Shown piece by piece: positions 12,001-23,891 of a DNA stretch of 64,000 bases. The number at the start of each line of letters is the position of its first letter. Within the stretch, counting starts at the first letter, position 1. This stretch comes from Euprymna scolopes. Taxonomy: Eukaryota. A model generated the notes under the pieces. The model saw only the letters and a list, made by a program, of their open reading frames with translations. It was not told where the DNA came from and made no database searches. The position numbers and the translations under genes are program-made. The stretch lies in NCBI GenBank assembly GCA_053919585.1, contig CM132791.1, one strand, 5' to 3'.

Positions 12001-13030
12001 ATTTTATGTATACACATGCATACAAAAAAGTACACAAATATATGCACACAGTCATATACTAATATACAACAACGCACACACACATATATATACGCACACA
12101 TAAATATGTATAATTCACATAAACCATATATATATAAATACATACGAATAAGAATTATTTGACAAGAGTACAGATAGATGCATACACACATAAAAGCAAA
12201 CAAATGGATTGAATAAACATTATTATGGGAGTACACAACAAAGGAGGGTATACAAAATAACATAGAAATATATAAACATAAGTACACACGGTCATAAAAT
12301 AAACACATAGACACTTACATATTCACATAGACACACAGGTATATAAGATAGGGGAAGTTAAGAATGAAATCAGGCGAGGAGAAAGTATATTAATAGTATT
12401 TTAGTAAATTATAGAAATCAGTGACAATTTTAAATTTATTTAAATTTTATATCTAAACTAAATTACTTAAAAGATGGCTTTTATAATGTTTGCAATTAAT
12501 TGAATTTTCGTGCTTCTTATTTAATAATTTATCTCTTTCTCTAAACGTAAGTATAAACAATTTCTCATAAAGACATAGGTAACAAGGTGAGTTTAAAGAT
12601 GAACAGGTTTTAGCTTTCTTTAAAATTTTCCAATTTACTATTGGGGAGTAACCTTGCTCTACTAGTTCATTGTAATATTTAGACAGGGAAGTTCTATTTT
12701 TGTACTTATTATTTTCAAAAGAGCACTTGTGACCGGTAAATCTTTCTTTAAATTTGTTATTTGTCATTCCTATGTAATATTTTTTTTCGTTAGGATTTTC
12801 CTTAGTAGAAATAGTTGCTTGGTACACTACAGAATTAATTTGACAATTTTCTTTAAGAGGGCATTTAGATTTAATTCTACAGTTACACCCTTCGGTAGCA
12901 ATGGGTTGCTATTTTTGTTTAATATTTTGTTATTATGCTTTTTAATTATTTTTTCAAGGTTTTCATTACAGCTATAACTAAGTTTTATTGTATTTTTATT
13001 AAAAATTTTATGTAGTATGTTACTAATAGG
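10560..13030 (-). mobile_element. Penelope-like element (Neptune-type) 3' part: GIY-YIG ORF end 12453-13030 plus long low-complexity 3' region
   Basis: FPISNILHKIFNKNTIKLSYSC, YYIGMTNNKFKERFTGHKCSF, CYLCLYEK, CKH; left boundary inferred from the hammerhead. Confidence 0.75.
10591..10647 (-). ncRNA. Type I hammerhead ribozyme
   Basis: UCGCUGC-CUGAUGA-UAUC..GAUU-GAAA-CAAG UGGCUG UUUG-UA-GCAGCGG: 7-bp stem I, 5-bp stem III, U.U mismatch at the base of stem II. Confidence 0.75.
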
Positions 13031-13859
13031 GAAACTCCGCAGAATAAGGACTTTGTAAATTGTTTTTTGGAGTATTCAGTTGAACAACAAAAAGTTGATT
13101 TTGTATATGAGGAATCTGGTGTTTGAGGAAAAGAAATTCCATCCCCACGTTGTTACAACTCGGCTATCTAGGGCGTCATGCTAACCAAAATTTCTGTTTT
13201 AAACCTTAATTTTGTTTTTTATTTTTTGTTTTAATTTCCAATTTTTTTCATATTATTCATTCTTTCCTATTTTTTTATAATTTTATTTCTACATTTATGC
13301 ATATGTGTTCTAATCATTTTGTTTTGTTTTGAATTCTTATTTATTAGTTAATGTCTTTGTTTCAAGGGGATGTAACTCTCATGCAATATATTTTTATTAC
13401 TACAGTTACTTCCCTTACATCCTTTTTCTTTACCTATATTATATGTTTTGTCTTTTTCTTTTCTTTATTTAATTGTTTCTTTCTTTTTCATTTTATTTAT
13501 TCTTAATGATATTTATCCAGTTTTTTAAATTATACTCTTACGTTCCATTTGTTGTTTTATTTATGTTAACATTATTTTTACATGGTCGATTGACCTATGC
13601 TTTTTTATGTTACTCGCTCTACATTTCTCTTTATGTTGTTGTTTTTTAATCTGGTTTAATGCGTGAAATTATCGATTTCTATGCAGACATCCGTGAATTA
13701 CATCTTGTCGTCTGTTTAATAATTTTCTTCTGATATTAGTATATGGTATGCTTCTAGTATACAAAAGTTGCATCTTTTTGATTTGCTTGGTTTATATTTT
13801 TTCGCTCTATCTACTATGGATCATCTTAATTTATATTCAATTTTATTTTTCTTTAATTC

Positions 13860-14960
13860 CTTAACCCATACTACTAATGTGATTGAGTTTTTCTTAGTTT
13901 TTTCTTGTTATTTTCGTTATTACTATTGGTTCTGTTGCTATCTTCATTATTGTGATTGTCTCTGTTGTTTTCATTTGTATCTGCGTTGTTGTTGTTGTTG
14001 TTGTTGTTGTTTTTGTTATTTGTAGTGTTATTTTCTTTCTCAGTGTCTTGTTTAAACGATGTTAGGTGATTATGATATCTGTCCTTAAAGCAAGTTCCAG
14101 TGTTCCCAAGATATAATTTCACATTTGTATACTACGTTTGAGGTTAAACAGTTCTCCCCCTTCCCCCAGTGAACATTCAGTAGGGTTCCGGCAGTTACAT
14201 TCTTTTCCGTCATTAGATTCATTTTCGGTCTTATCTCTATTTTTCAAACATTTGTTTAATTTTGTGTTGTTGGGGTCAATTATGGTATTTGTTAAGTTAG
14301 CAGATGTTGATAAGGATGCTTTAACAGTGTTTTCATTAATTATTTTACTTAGTTTATTACCTTACGGGAAATTTTTTCTATAATTTGGTAAAATTCCCTT
14401 GGGATGTTATTTTTTATGTGGTGGCTGAACGATGGATTAAACCATGTTTAGCTCTTCCTTCTATTTTTCTTTTTTTTTTTTACATCTCTTTCGTTATTAG
14501 GGTCTAGCTTTTCATTTTTCTTTTTAGTGTTTATTGTATTTTCTATTTGTTCGTTGGTTTTTGCTCTTTTTTTACTTTTTTATATTTCTTCATAGACATG
14601 TTGTAAGATATTACATTTGCGTTGTTTGTTGTTCTTTCTATACTTGTATTATTATTTTGAGTTCCCTTAACAAAATGGATTTGTTCTTTATATCCTGATC
14701 TGTATACCGGGCTTTGTAATAATATTCTTTATTTTTATTAAATAATTCTTCATTTTGTGATATTTTAGATATTCTTTTTGAGGTGTTAGGTATAATTGCT
14801 TTTTTCATACTATTCAGATGGTTGGACATGTGATCTATGTAGAATAACATTTGGTTAGGTTTATGGTAGGGTTCATAAGTGTTGTTGTCTAGATTCAAGG
14901 TCATGTCTAAGAAGTTTACCCATTTATGGTTTGGGTCTATTATTATATCTAGGTTCAGAA
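13860..14960 (-). mobile_element. Second Penelope-like (Neptune-type) fragment: RT C-terminus to endonuclease
   Basis: VNFLDMTLNL..TYEPYHKPN...YIDHMSNH, WFNP, CNCR, LYLGNTGTCFKDRYHNHLTSF. Confidence 0.8.
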
Positions 14961-15149
14961 GAATTGTTTAACTTTTTTCTTTGTTTGAATTTCAACAAAG
15001 TTTTGTACTATATATGCTCTGCACCTGTAAAATAGATACATTGAGCTTGACTCGAAATTAACAGTGATTCAGTTTATATCATAACAGTCTCAAACCATTA
15101 AATGAAAACGGTATACATTGAAATGAACAAATATTTCAAAAATAAACAT

Positions 15150-15197
<48 letters not shown>

Positions 15198-15311
15198 CTG
15201 TTTCTTGCTTTATTGCAGATCATAATTTTGTTAATAACTTCAATAATATTAATGATAAAAATTGAAGTTTTGCACACTGATAGTACTCTGACAAAGATAA
15301 ATGTAGCAAAA

Positions 15312-18300
15312 TGTAGTAGGCAAAAGTCAGGAACAAAGATAGGAAATAGTCAGTTTCGCCCTGGATCGCCCACCTCTAGAAGAGAGGGATTTCTTGGCTG
15401 TAATGACCGTAGATAAAGAAGAAGGAGACAAAAACAACAAAAAAAGGCAGAAGAAAACTCGCTTCTCACAGATACGTGGTTCGTTACAAAGAACAATCCA
15501 ACCGCCAGAACCACCTACACACAATCTGCAGGATACTGACTGACTGCTTTCCAGCATCCTGCCTTTTTAGCAGCTGGGAATTATATATTTGCATAATCGT
15601 GCGAGAGCAGATGCGATTCTGTGAGAATTGCATGGGGTCAACGCCAATAAAAACCCATGGACGCCATCTTGGAACTTTCTTCCGCTCAGCCCACAATACA
15701 GACATATCCAAGGTAAGCTCATTATTTCCCCTCATTCCGGTTATTGCTAATTCTGCTACACTCCCTCCTGATCTCATGATCACAAACAGGGCAGGGGGCA
15801 GTCGTCTTTGTCGGGTACTTCTTCAAAGAAACAGAGGCAGCACTTCCTCCTTGCCATCTTCCTCATTACCACCATTATTGCCACCAGTCTGTTCCATAGG
15901 CGGTGTTTCACAATCAGGGCAGGGGAGCAGTATCCATCTTTGTCGGGTACTTCTTCATAAAGGCAAGATGGGTGGTCTTTCTTCCGCTTCTTCAGTATGT
16001 GCATTATATGGCTCAAAATCCTCTCCGTCGTCCTGCATCATACTCTCTGTCCTTTCAGAAGACATTGTACTATCTGAGTCTTCCTCTTCTTCCGATGTAA
16101 CAACATAATGGTGAGGGTGCAGATCCTTCAGATCGCGAAGCACACCGTCCACCAAAATCGATTGAAGGCTAATTACCTTGGTCACCTCATCCTTGCCGAA
16201 CCTTGTGTACATTGATTTTGCGGTCTTTTGACCCACACGCGATCTCCAACCTGGTAAGAGCTGTTGTTGGGACCTGTGGACGCAGTTGCAAGATTGATCT
16301 CCTTTACTCAAACTTTGTATCGATAAATCCTGTTGGCAGGCGCAGTGAAGGGAGATGTGTCGTCTCTTGGTGTGATGTTATACCAGTAGACAGCCTCCTG
16401 TATGGGACAGTGCATTCTAGCCACTATTTGTTTCACTGTACGGTGACAACGCTCCACTATGCCATTCCCGTATGCACAACGGAATCGCAAGTGAACTCCC
16501 CATTTATGTGCAAATGCTTGAAACATGTTGCTGCAGAAAGCCGTGCCATTGTTAAAAAGGATTTCACGCTCGAGGAACACTGCCTCCAACTGATGAATCA
16601 CGCTTGCCGAGTCCTGCCTCGCCAATTTCCTCCAAATGGAGAAATGCGATGGACCACAGTCTGTTAGAGTTAAAAAATGGAAGGTGCCATAATGCGTAAT
16701 ATCCATGCCAATTCTCGTTCACTTCCAGCTTTCCCTTCTCCCACTTTACCGGTGCTGGGTCAATGGCAACATTCCTCACATTTCCGTATGACCATTTTAG
16801 TGGTTGCTTTTGTCGTGGTTGGGCAACTTCTCCTGACAAAGTAGGTAGTGCGTCGCACCTCCAGATGTCCACTACCTTTGTGAATAGCCATGATTTGACT
16901 CTCCTTCAGCTCGTCTGTGTGAACCGTGCCTATCACCGGGTCAAGCTTGTTTTTCTTTTCTATTGCCTCAAACCACCGCTGTGGTACTCGTGTCAATCAG
17001 TCAGCAATGTTTCGTGTTGATGGAACCAGCGTCACGTCCACTGTCAGCCCATACTCTTTCACAAGCTCTTTGAGAATGCTTAGTTGCCTCCTAATAAGCA
17101 TCTTGCTTGCTGCTTTGGTGTGTACTCACACCTTTCTAGTTAGCGTGTCTGAGACCCAATGATATACGCAGACAGAATCTGGCCGGATCGTTCTGCTGCA
17201 CAGATTCTAAGGTTTCAAACATCATACAATGCAGTACGACGTCCCTTGCTTATCATCCCAGCCCTTCTTTACTGAACTTACTCTCCTTCTGAGTATTCCA
17301 CAAGCCACAAAAAGCCAACCGCACAACGGAAAGTGGCCGACAAGTCGACCACTCAGGGAGAACAGTGTTCATCGCGTAACAATGCGGGAGCCTCTGGAAT
17401 TGCATTTCCTTGCTTCCATCGCAGTTTACTGTGTTCCATCCTGACCGCCAATCCCAGCACCCATGCACCATCCTTCAACCGCTCTGGGTTCTTGCACTCC
17501 AACCCGAACTGCAGTAGGAGTTCTCTTACACGAGTCGCGGACACCACGTCTTCATTGACAAAAATGTCATCAATGTAAGCAGATGCTGTGCAACTTAGAA
17601 CTTCTTCCTGAGATAATACTATGCTGACAATTGCTCTCATTATCAGGGAGCCACATTCAAACAGAACCCCAGACGGGTCCAACAGTATTTTTTCTCGTCG
17701 ATTTCCACAATCTAGTATGGCCACAGTGTCTCATGGACCTGGAGTTGTAGGTATGCTCTCCTGAGGTCCAGTAGAGACACGTTAGCACCTTTTTGTCTCC
17801 ATTCGCGCAGCTTAGTCGCACAAACATCTGCGTTGGCTATAAACGCATCTACGTAATGATTTAGCTCCCGGTAATCCATCACGGGCGCACTTTGGCTTTG
17901 TTCTGCTGTATCACATCCATCAGGGGAATTAGGCCTGGGGGGGGGTCCCAATTAATCCTCTGGGTATGGCACGAGCCAACCATTATCTATCCAGGTGCGA
18001 AGCTCCTGCGTGTATTCTTCACGGATTTCTGCCGGCACTGGGTATTCTGACACTCAATTATATAGACTTTCAGGGAGGTGGTCCTCAGACCACTTCCATG
18101 ATGCGGTCCACGTTCGGTTTTGATGATCAAAGGTGGCGGTGAAATCTGATTCATTAATAGAAATGGCTGCGCATTTAATATGTTTCCTGCTGCCCAGCCG
18201 CACTGATCCTGTAGACAATAAAACCTCCCAGAGCTTTTATGGCATCAATCCCTAGAAGTAAGTCAAACCCCAGCGGTTTGCCACGCACCACCAACATATT

Positions 18301-18640
18301 CTGGCAGACACCCCTTCATCAGTGGAAACAGAGACTGCTCCAACACCGCAGCACACATGGGATATTCCACCAATCGTTTCGACATTCACATTCGTTTTTC
18401 TCCAAGACCGGCACCGGTCTGCATGTAAAATCATCCTAGAGCATCCTGTATCAATAAGCACCAAACATTGCGTCTTGTCAACATGAATGCCTGTCACCGG
18501 GAGCATCATGTTCGCATCTTGGTGGGGAAGGAGACTGGCACTTATGCGTCCTTCCCTTGCTCGTTTCCCGAGCAGTTCCGAGCCCAGTGTCCACTCTCAC
18601 TGCACCGGTAACACCGTCTTCCACGTTTTCGAAAGTCCTT
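15312..18640 (-). mobile_element. Gypsy element related to 1-1153: gag end, PR, RT, RH, IN, PPT, putative 3' LTR (15312-15556); decayed
   Basis: LIDTGCSR, LLDLRRAYLQ, YIDDI, GNGIVERCHRTVK; purine tract AAAAAGGCAGGA precedes TGCTGG at 15556. Confidence 0.9.
18525..18569 (-). promoter_or_regulatory. -1 frameshift signal
   Basis: G GGA AAC (18569-18563), 6-nt spacer, stem GGGAAGGA/TCCTTCCC; -1 frame open into protease. Confidence 0.8.
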
Positions 18641-18727
18641 CAGGGAACCCAGTGACGAAAGTCAATTTTGTGAATCTCTCTAAGACATCTCTTGTGAACA
18701 CGGCCAATCTATATGCATTAGTTTATA

Positions 18728-19072
18728 NNNNNNNNNNNNNNNNNNNNNNNNNNNNNNNNNNNNNNNNNNNNNNNNNNNNNNNNNNNNNNNNNNNNNNNNN
18801 NNNNNNNNNNNNNNNNNNNNNNNNNNNNNNNNNNNNNNNNNNNNNNNNNNNNNNNNNNNNNNNNNNNNNNNNNNNNNNNNNNNNNNNNNNNNNNNNNNNN
18901 NNATATGTTTAAAACACTTTGAAATGAGTTAAAAACATNNNNNNNNNNNNNNNNNNNNNNNNNNNNNNNNNNNNNNNNNNNNNNNNNNNNNNNNNNNNNN
19001 NNNNNNNNNNNNNNNNNNNNNNNNNNNNNNNNNNNNNNNNNNNNNNNNNNNNNNNNNNNNNNNNNNNNNNNN
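18728..19072. other. Two assembly gaps (18728-18902, 18939-19072)
   Basis: N runs. Confidence 1.
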
Positions 19073-19225
19073 GCATATTTCCTCTCCTCAAAATTTGAAA
19101 ATGGTTTTGGATCTTTTTAATTTTAGTATTTTATTTAATTTTTGTATTTTTCCTGCCTAATGATATCAAATATGATTGAAACGGTCTGCACATCATAGCA
19201 AGATATGACTGTATTTACATAAAGA

Positions 19226-19262
<37 letters not shown>

Positions 19263-19290
19263 ATTATTTTTTTACTATAATAATTAAATA

Positions 19291-19336
19291 CCTACAGACA
19301 CTAGTGTTTCATCCTTTCGGGATTCTTCAGTGCAGG
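19291..19336 (-). ncRNA. Type I hammerhead ribozyme, intact
   Basis: CCUGCA-CUGAAGA-AUCC CGAAA GGAU-GAAA-CACUAGUG-UC-UGUAGG; all core nucleotides and three stems present. Confidence 0.9.
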
Positions 19337-19627
19337 GTGTCACGATTACTACCAGTCGAACGATTCGAACCCCACGACATCTCTGGCTCGATTAGCGGGG
19401 GCCGTATCCATTCGGCTACCATTAACCGTGTGAAATAGCGTTGAATTTTAAACATTTTAATTTAAATGTTCATTACGTCAGACAGACAGTGATCAAATCG
19501 TTATACGATGATCTACGCATAAGAGCTAAATTGACCAACTTTTAATTCAACTGAAAGTGCTCAACGATAAGAAACGAATTTCTTAAAGGGGCTGTCATAA
19601 TTATTTTTTTACTATAATAATCAAATA

Positions 19628-19673
19628 CCTACAGACACTAGTGTTTCAACCTTTCGGAATTCTTCAGTGCAGG
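19628..19673 (-). ncRNA. Type I hammerhead ribozyme, second copy (weakened stem II)
   Basis: Same core; stem II reads AUUC/GGUU. Confidence 0.8.
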
Positions 19674-20230
19674 GTGTCACGATTACTACCAGTCGAACGA
19701 TTCGAACCCCGCGACACGAGACATCTCTGGCTCGATTAGCGGGGGCCGTATCCATTCGGCTACCATTAACCGTGTGAAATAGCGTTGAATTTTAAACATT
19801 TTAATTTAAATGTTCATTACGTCAGACAGACAGTGATCAAATCGTTATACGATGATCTACGTATAAGAGCTAAATTGACCGACTTTTGAGAGAGAGAGAG
19901 AGATATAATACTCAAGTAATTTGTAATATATTTTCATTTTGCACTCAGTGCTGAGATCAAAATGTCGATAAATTTACAAGAAATATTTCAGCAAAAAATT
20001 TCTCACAAATATTCAACATTTTACACAGTTTTGTATTTGGAGTAGCTTATCGACATAGGATAGATATTAAGCAAAATGAACAATAAGTAATAAAACTTCA
20101 AAATATTAACCTACATTCTAAGAGTTGCTTTAATGTCTTTTAAACTTGGTCATTAAGAATATCTACTCATTAAATATCAATTTTATTAAATTTAATTTTA
20201 TCTTCAGTAAATTGAGGATTTTTGTCATAA

Positions 20231-23200
20231 TGTCGCACAGTGCATTGTGCGGAAACACTTGCAGGCGTGCAATTGTCAATATTAGCGGAGGCCGGATGTA
20301 CTCATTGATGGGGTCACAGGTTAAAGTTGTTTACATCGCAGGTCCATCAGCAAAACTCGAGACTGATATAAAAAAAAAAAAAGCGGGTAGCTTGTCAGGC
20401 AAAAGGAGGCAAAACCAGACACGTGCCCGGCTGTTGAAACGCCGCTCGATTGTTTCGACCACCGTCAACCCCCCCCCCCGTTCCACGTCGTCACTAAATT
20501 TTCTCGTGCTATACGCGAACAGTGATTTTAGGAGTTGCAGCATTTTCTGAAAAAAGGAATAAAGACATTTCTTTTTTCTACAAGTTTTTTCACGTCATTT
20601 TGGCTGGAGAGCACTGTGGAACACATCATTGGTTCCGTTTATGACCAGCTATTCTAGCAAAGAATAAGAGAATGTGGGTGAACGTGTGAACGTGATCACA
20701 ATTGAAGGAGGGGTCCTAATAAGAAAAAACTAAAAAACAACAGAACAAGAGTACTCAGAACTGGACGAACGGGGAAAAAAGAAAAAAAGCCTTAGCTGAA
20801 GTAAAATGGAAGATCCTGCTCAACGCAAGCCAGGAGTATGAGGATGAGCCCATGAAGGTTTGTCACTATGGGTCCAGCCAATTCCCTAAGATATGGAGAC
20901 CAACGTAACAGAGGGGGGTCAAGTAAAGAGTAGGGGTCCGATATATAAAACTAGGTAGAAAGAGGAAGGCAGGCAGAGCATTAGGTGCTACTGCTGTTGC
21001 GAAGTTGGTCACATAGCAAGATTTTGCAACAGGCCCATTCAGGGAAACAGAGGCGCTCTTTTCGTGCAATGCCCAACAAGTGGAACAAGAACATACCGAC
21101 GCACATAGTCCGTAATATGGGCGCATCAAATTCCGTTTTAATTAGAATAGAAGGGAAAAATTATAGGTCCCTAGTAGATACGGGAGCAGAAGTGTCAGTT
21201 ATACACAGCAGTATTTTTAAGGCACTTAGGCAGGGTCCCAAACTACGCGATAAAAGGGTTAGTCTTAGAACAGCAAATGGGTCCCCATTAATTGTAGAAG
21301 GAATCGTTCAATTAAGAGTAGGGATAGAGAGTCAGTCTAATCACCAGGAATTCTTTGTTGCAGAAAATCTGAACAGAAGTGTAATACTAGGACGCGATTG
21401 GCTTCAGAAAAATAGGGTTAGAATGTACTTTGATTTGGGAGTGATAAGAATAGGTGACGAGTATATAGCTCTGAAGGATGATGCCCATATTTCATTGATA
21501 GGTTAACACGTAAGGTTACATTAAAACCTTAGCATCTGCATACGTGCATGGCTCATGCAGGTTTTAAACATGGGAAAGGTTCGGAATATGAGGTAGAACA
21601 AATAAGTAGTGGTTTTGTTAGCAACCTTAGTGGTATATCAGTAGCTAATGCGGTAGTGAAAGTGCAAAGGTCTGGTAGGTTTCCGTTATTGATAATGAAC
21701 AACATGACCCAGACTGTCACCCTACAAAGAGGCTGCAAAATAGTTACGTGTAGTGTGCTGGTAGCATTACAGAAATTACCATGCTGAAGGAAAATGGAAG
21801 CAGAGCTTCGGAAAATAATGTGAAGGAAATAAAAGTACCTGAAGAGTTTAAGTTGGAAGTTGGTAGGGTGCTGAAGCGGAATAAAGATATATTTGTTACG
21901 GACGATAAAGACTTGGGCAGAACCGATACCGTGGAGATGCGTATTGAGACCGGTACAGTGTACACAGGAGCCCATACGTAAATGTCCGTACCAAACACCG
22001 CTAAAGCAAAGGAAAGTAGCAGATTCGGCATTAGACGAGATGATGCGCCGATGCGGGCTGGAGTAATTGAAAGGTCGAATAGCCCGTTGAGCGTTCTGAT
22101 AGTGTTAGTCGAAAAGAAAGATGGTACCAAAAGATTTTGCGTAGATTTTAGGATAAAGTCACGAAGAAGTATGCCAGAGCGTTACCAGTTATCGACGATA
22201 TATTAGCCTTGCTCGGATCAGCGAAATACTTGTCAAAATTGGATCTAAAGTCAGGCTACTGGCAGGTTAGACTGAATAGGAGCGATAGAGAGAAAACTTC
22301 GTTCGCCTGCCACCAGGGTTTATTTCACTTTAACGTGATACCGTTCAGACTTGCGAACGCCCTTGAGGTTTTCCAAGAATTGATGTCCATAGTTCTACAG
22401 GGACAGGAAGACTATGCATTACCGTATCTGGATGATATTCCTCTTGGGGTTCGTTTCATGGATGTCGCTTGGAAAGATGACTGTGGCTATCGTTTCGACA
22501 GAGTATGCGAGACGTTAAGATTGAGTTACATACGATAAAAAAAAATATTAAATTGAAATAAAAATAAATTAAAAATAAAAATATAAATGTAAGGATATGC
22601 ATATTTTCCCCCCTTTTTTTATCATTGTTAGTTCGAGCAGAGCACGCACGGGCTCATAGAATGTCACCAGCTGATGTTGTTTTTTTTTTTAATTACAATG
22701 CGATTAACGTCGAATGGTCTTCTTCACCATGCATCGGATGTTTTCGGGTTAGGACAATATAATGATAACGGACAGAAAAAAAGAACAAAGAAAAATTAGA
22801 AGGATCTGATGATAAAACGGTAACAAGCATAATTGTATATATGACTATTTTGTACGCGGCTGCGGAGTGCAGAATCTAAAAAAAAAAAAAATTAGGTGAA
22901 AAAAAAAGAAAGAGAGGAATATTTTATATTTTTTCTCCTCCTTTTTTTCCTTTTCTTGCGTGTAAGACAATTAATTGTTCATTGTTGTTTTGTGATGTGG
23001 AAATACATGTATAAAAGCGCTTGTTTTTTATTACATTTTTGTTGTATAATTGAAAAGAAAAAATAGAGAGAGAGAGAAACGGTGGCGACGATGGAAAGAA
23101 AAAAAGAAGAGAGATATGTATATATCTTTTTTTTTTAAATGGTGGGGGAGGGGTGTCGCACAGTACATTATGCGGAAACACTTGTAGGTGTGGATTGTCA

Positions 23201-23551
23201 ACGGTAGTGGAGGCTGGATGTATTCGTTGATGGAGTCATAGGTTAAAGTCATTGACATCGCAGGTACATCGACAAAACTGGAGACTGATATAAACAAAAG
23301 CGGGTAGCTTGTCAGGCAGAAACAGAAAAAAAAACAGACACGCACCTAGCTGTTGAAATGCCGTTCGATTGTCTCGACCACCATCAACCCCCACCCCCCT
23401 GTTCCATGTCGTCGCTAAGTTTTCTCGTGCTATACGCAAACAGTGATTTTAGAAGTTGCAGCATTTTTGAAAAAAAGGAATAAAGACATTTATTTTTTCT
23501 ACAAGTTGTTTCGCATCTTTTTGGCCAGAGAGCGCTGGGGGGAATGCATCA
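20231..23551 (+). mobile_element. Two-LTR Gypsy element, internally deleted (no RH/IN)
   Basis: 398-bp LTRs 20231-20628 and 23154-23551 (TG...CA); TSD ATAA; TGG PBS at 20630; PPT 23141-23153; CCHC, LVDTGA, RFCVDFR, LDLKSGYWQV, YLDD. Confidence 0.93.
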
Positions 23552-23789
23552 ATAAGATTTTCATTATTAGAAATATCTAAAGAACTTCAACATAAATGCC
23601 ATTAAATTAGAGCTTTTCAAAGCGTGTTGCATTTGCAGCAAAAGAAGACAGTAACGGCAAAGATCCCTGTAAGAGGAAAGACAACAGAATCTAAACATGT
23701 GAAATGGAGGATATTGAAGGCTTCTTTCTCTCTTATCTGAATGAAATGTAACTTTCTCATATCACCTATATTTGTTTCTGTTATGACAG

Positions 23790-23891
23790 GTTATACTTTG
23801 GGAATTCCCGACACAGTGATGGGTCTAACATTTGTGGCATTTGGTGTCAGTGTACCAGATGCAATTGCCAGCCTTATTGTAGCCAGAGAAG
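23790..23891 (+). CDS. SLC24A: SLC24/NCKX Na+/K+/Ca2+ exchanger internal exon (alpha-2 repeat, first half)
   Basis: cag|GTTAT...GAAG|gttagt, 102 bp, phase 1-1; [34 protein letters not shown]; paralogue not assignable. Confidence 0.93.

Larger units (their letters stand above)
19260..19887 (-). mobile_element. Retrozyme-like tandem repeat (337-bp unit, ~1.85 copies): tRNA-like Pol III head plus hammerhead
   Basis: Period 337 (19260/19597); A-box TAGCCGAATGG, B-box GGTTCGAATCG and a hammerhead in each copy; flanked by (TA)n and (GA)n. Confidence 0.85.

Noticed and set aside
4163-14122. Low-complexity ORFs (CVCV, YIYI, F-rich, poly-N/C) and ORFs crossing N gaps
   Set aside because: Translations of microsatellites, biased TE tails or unknown bases
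19350-19428. Functional tRNA gene
   Set aside because: Anticodon and T stems do not pair properly; it is a tRNA-derived promoter head within the repeat
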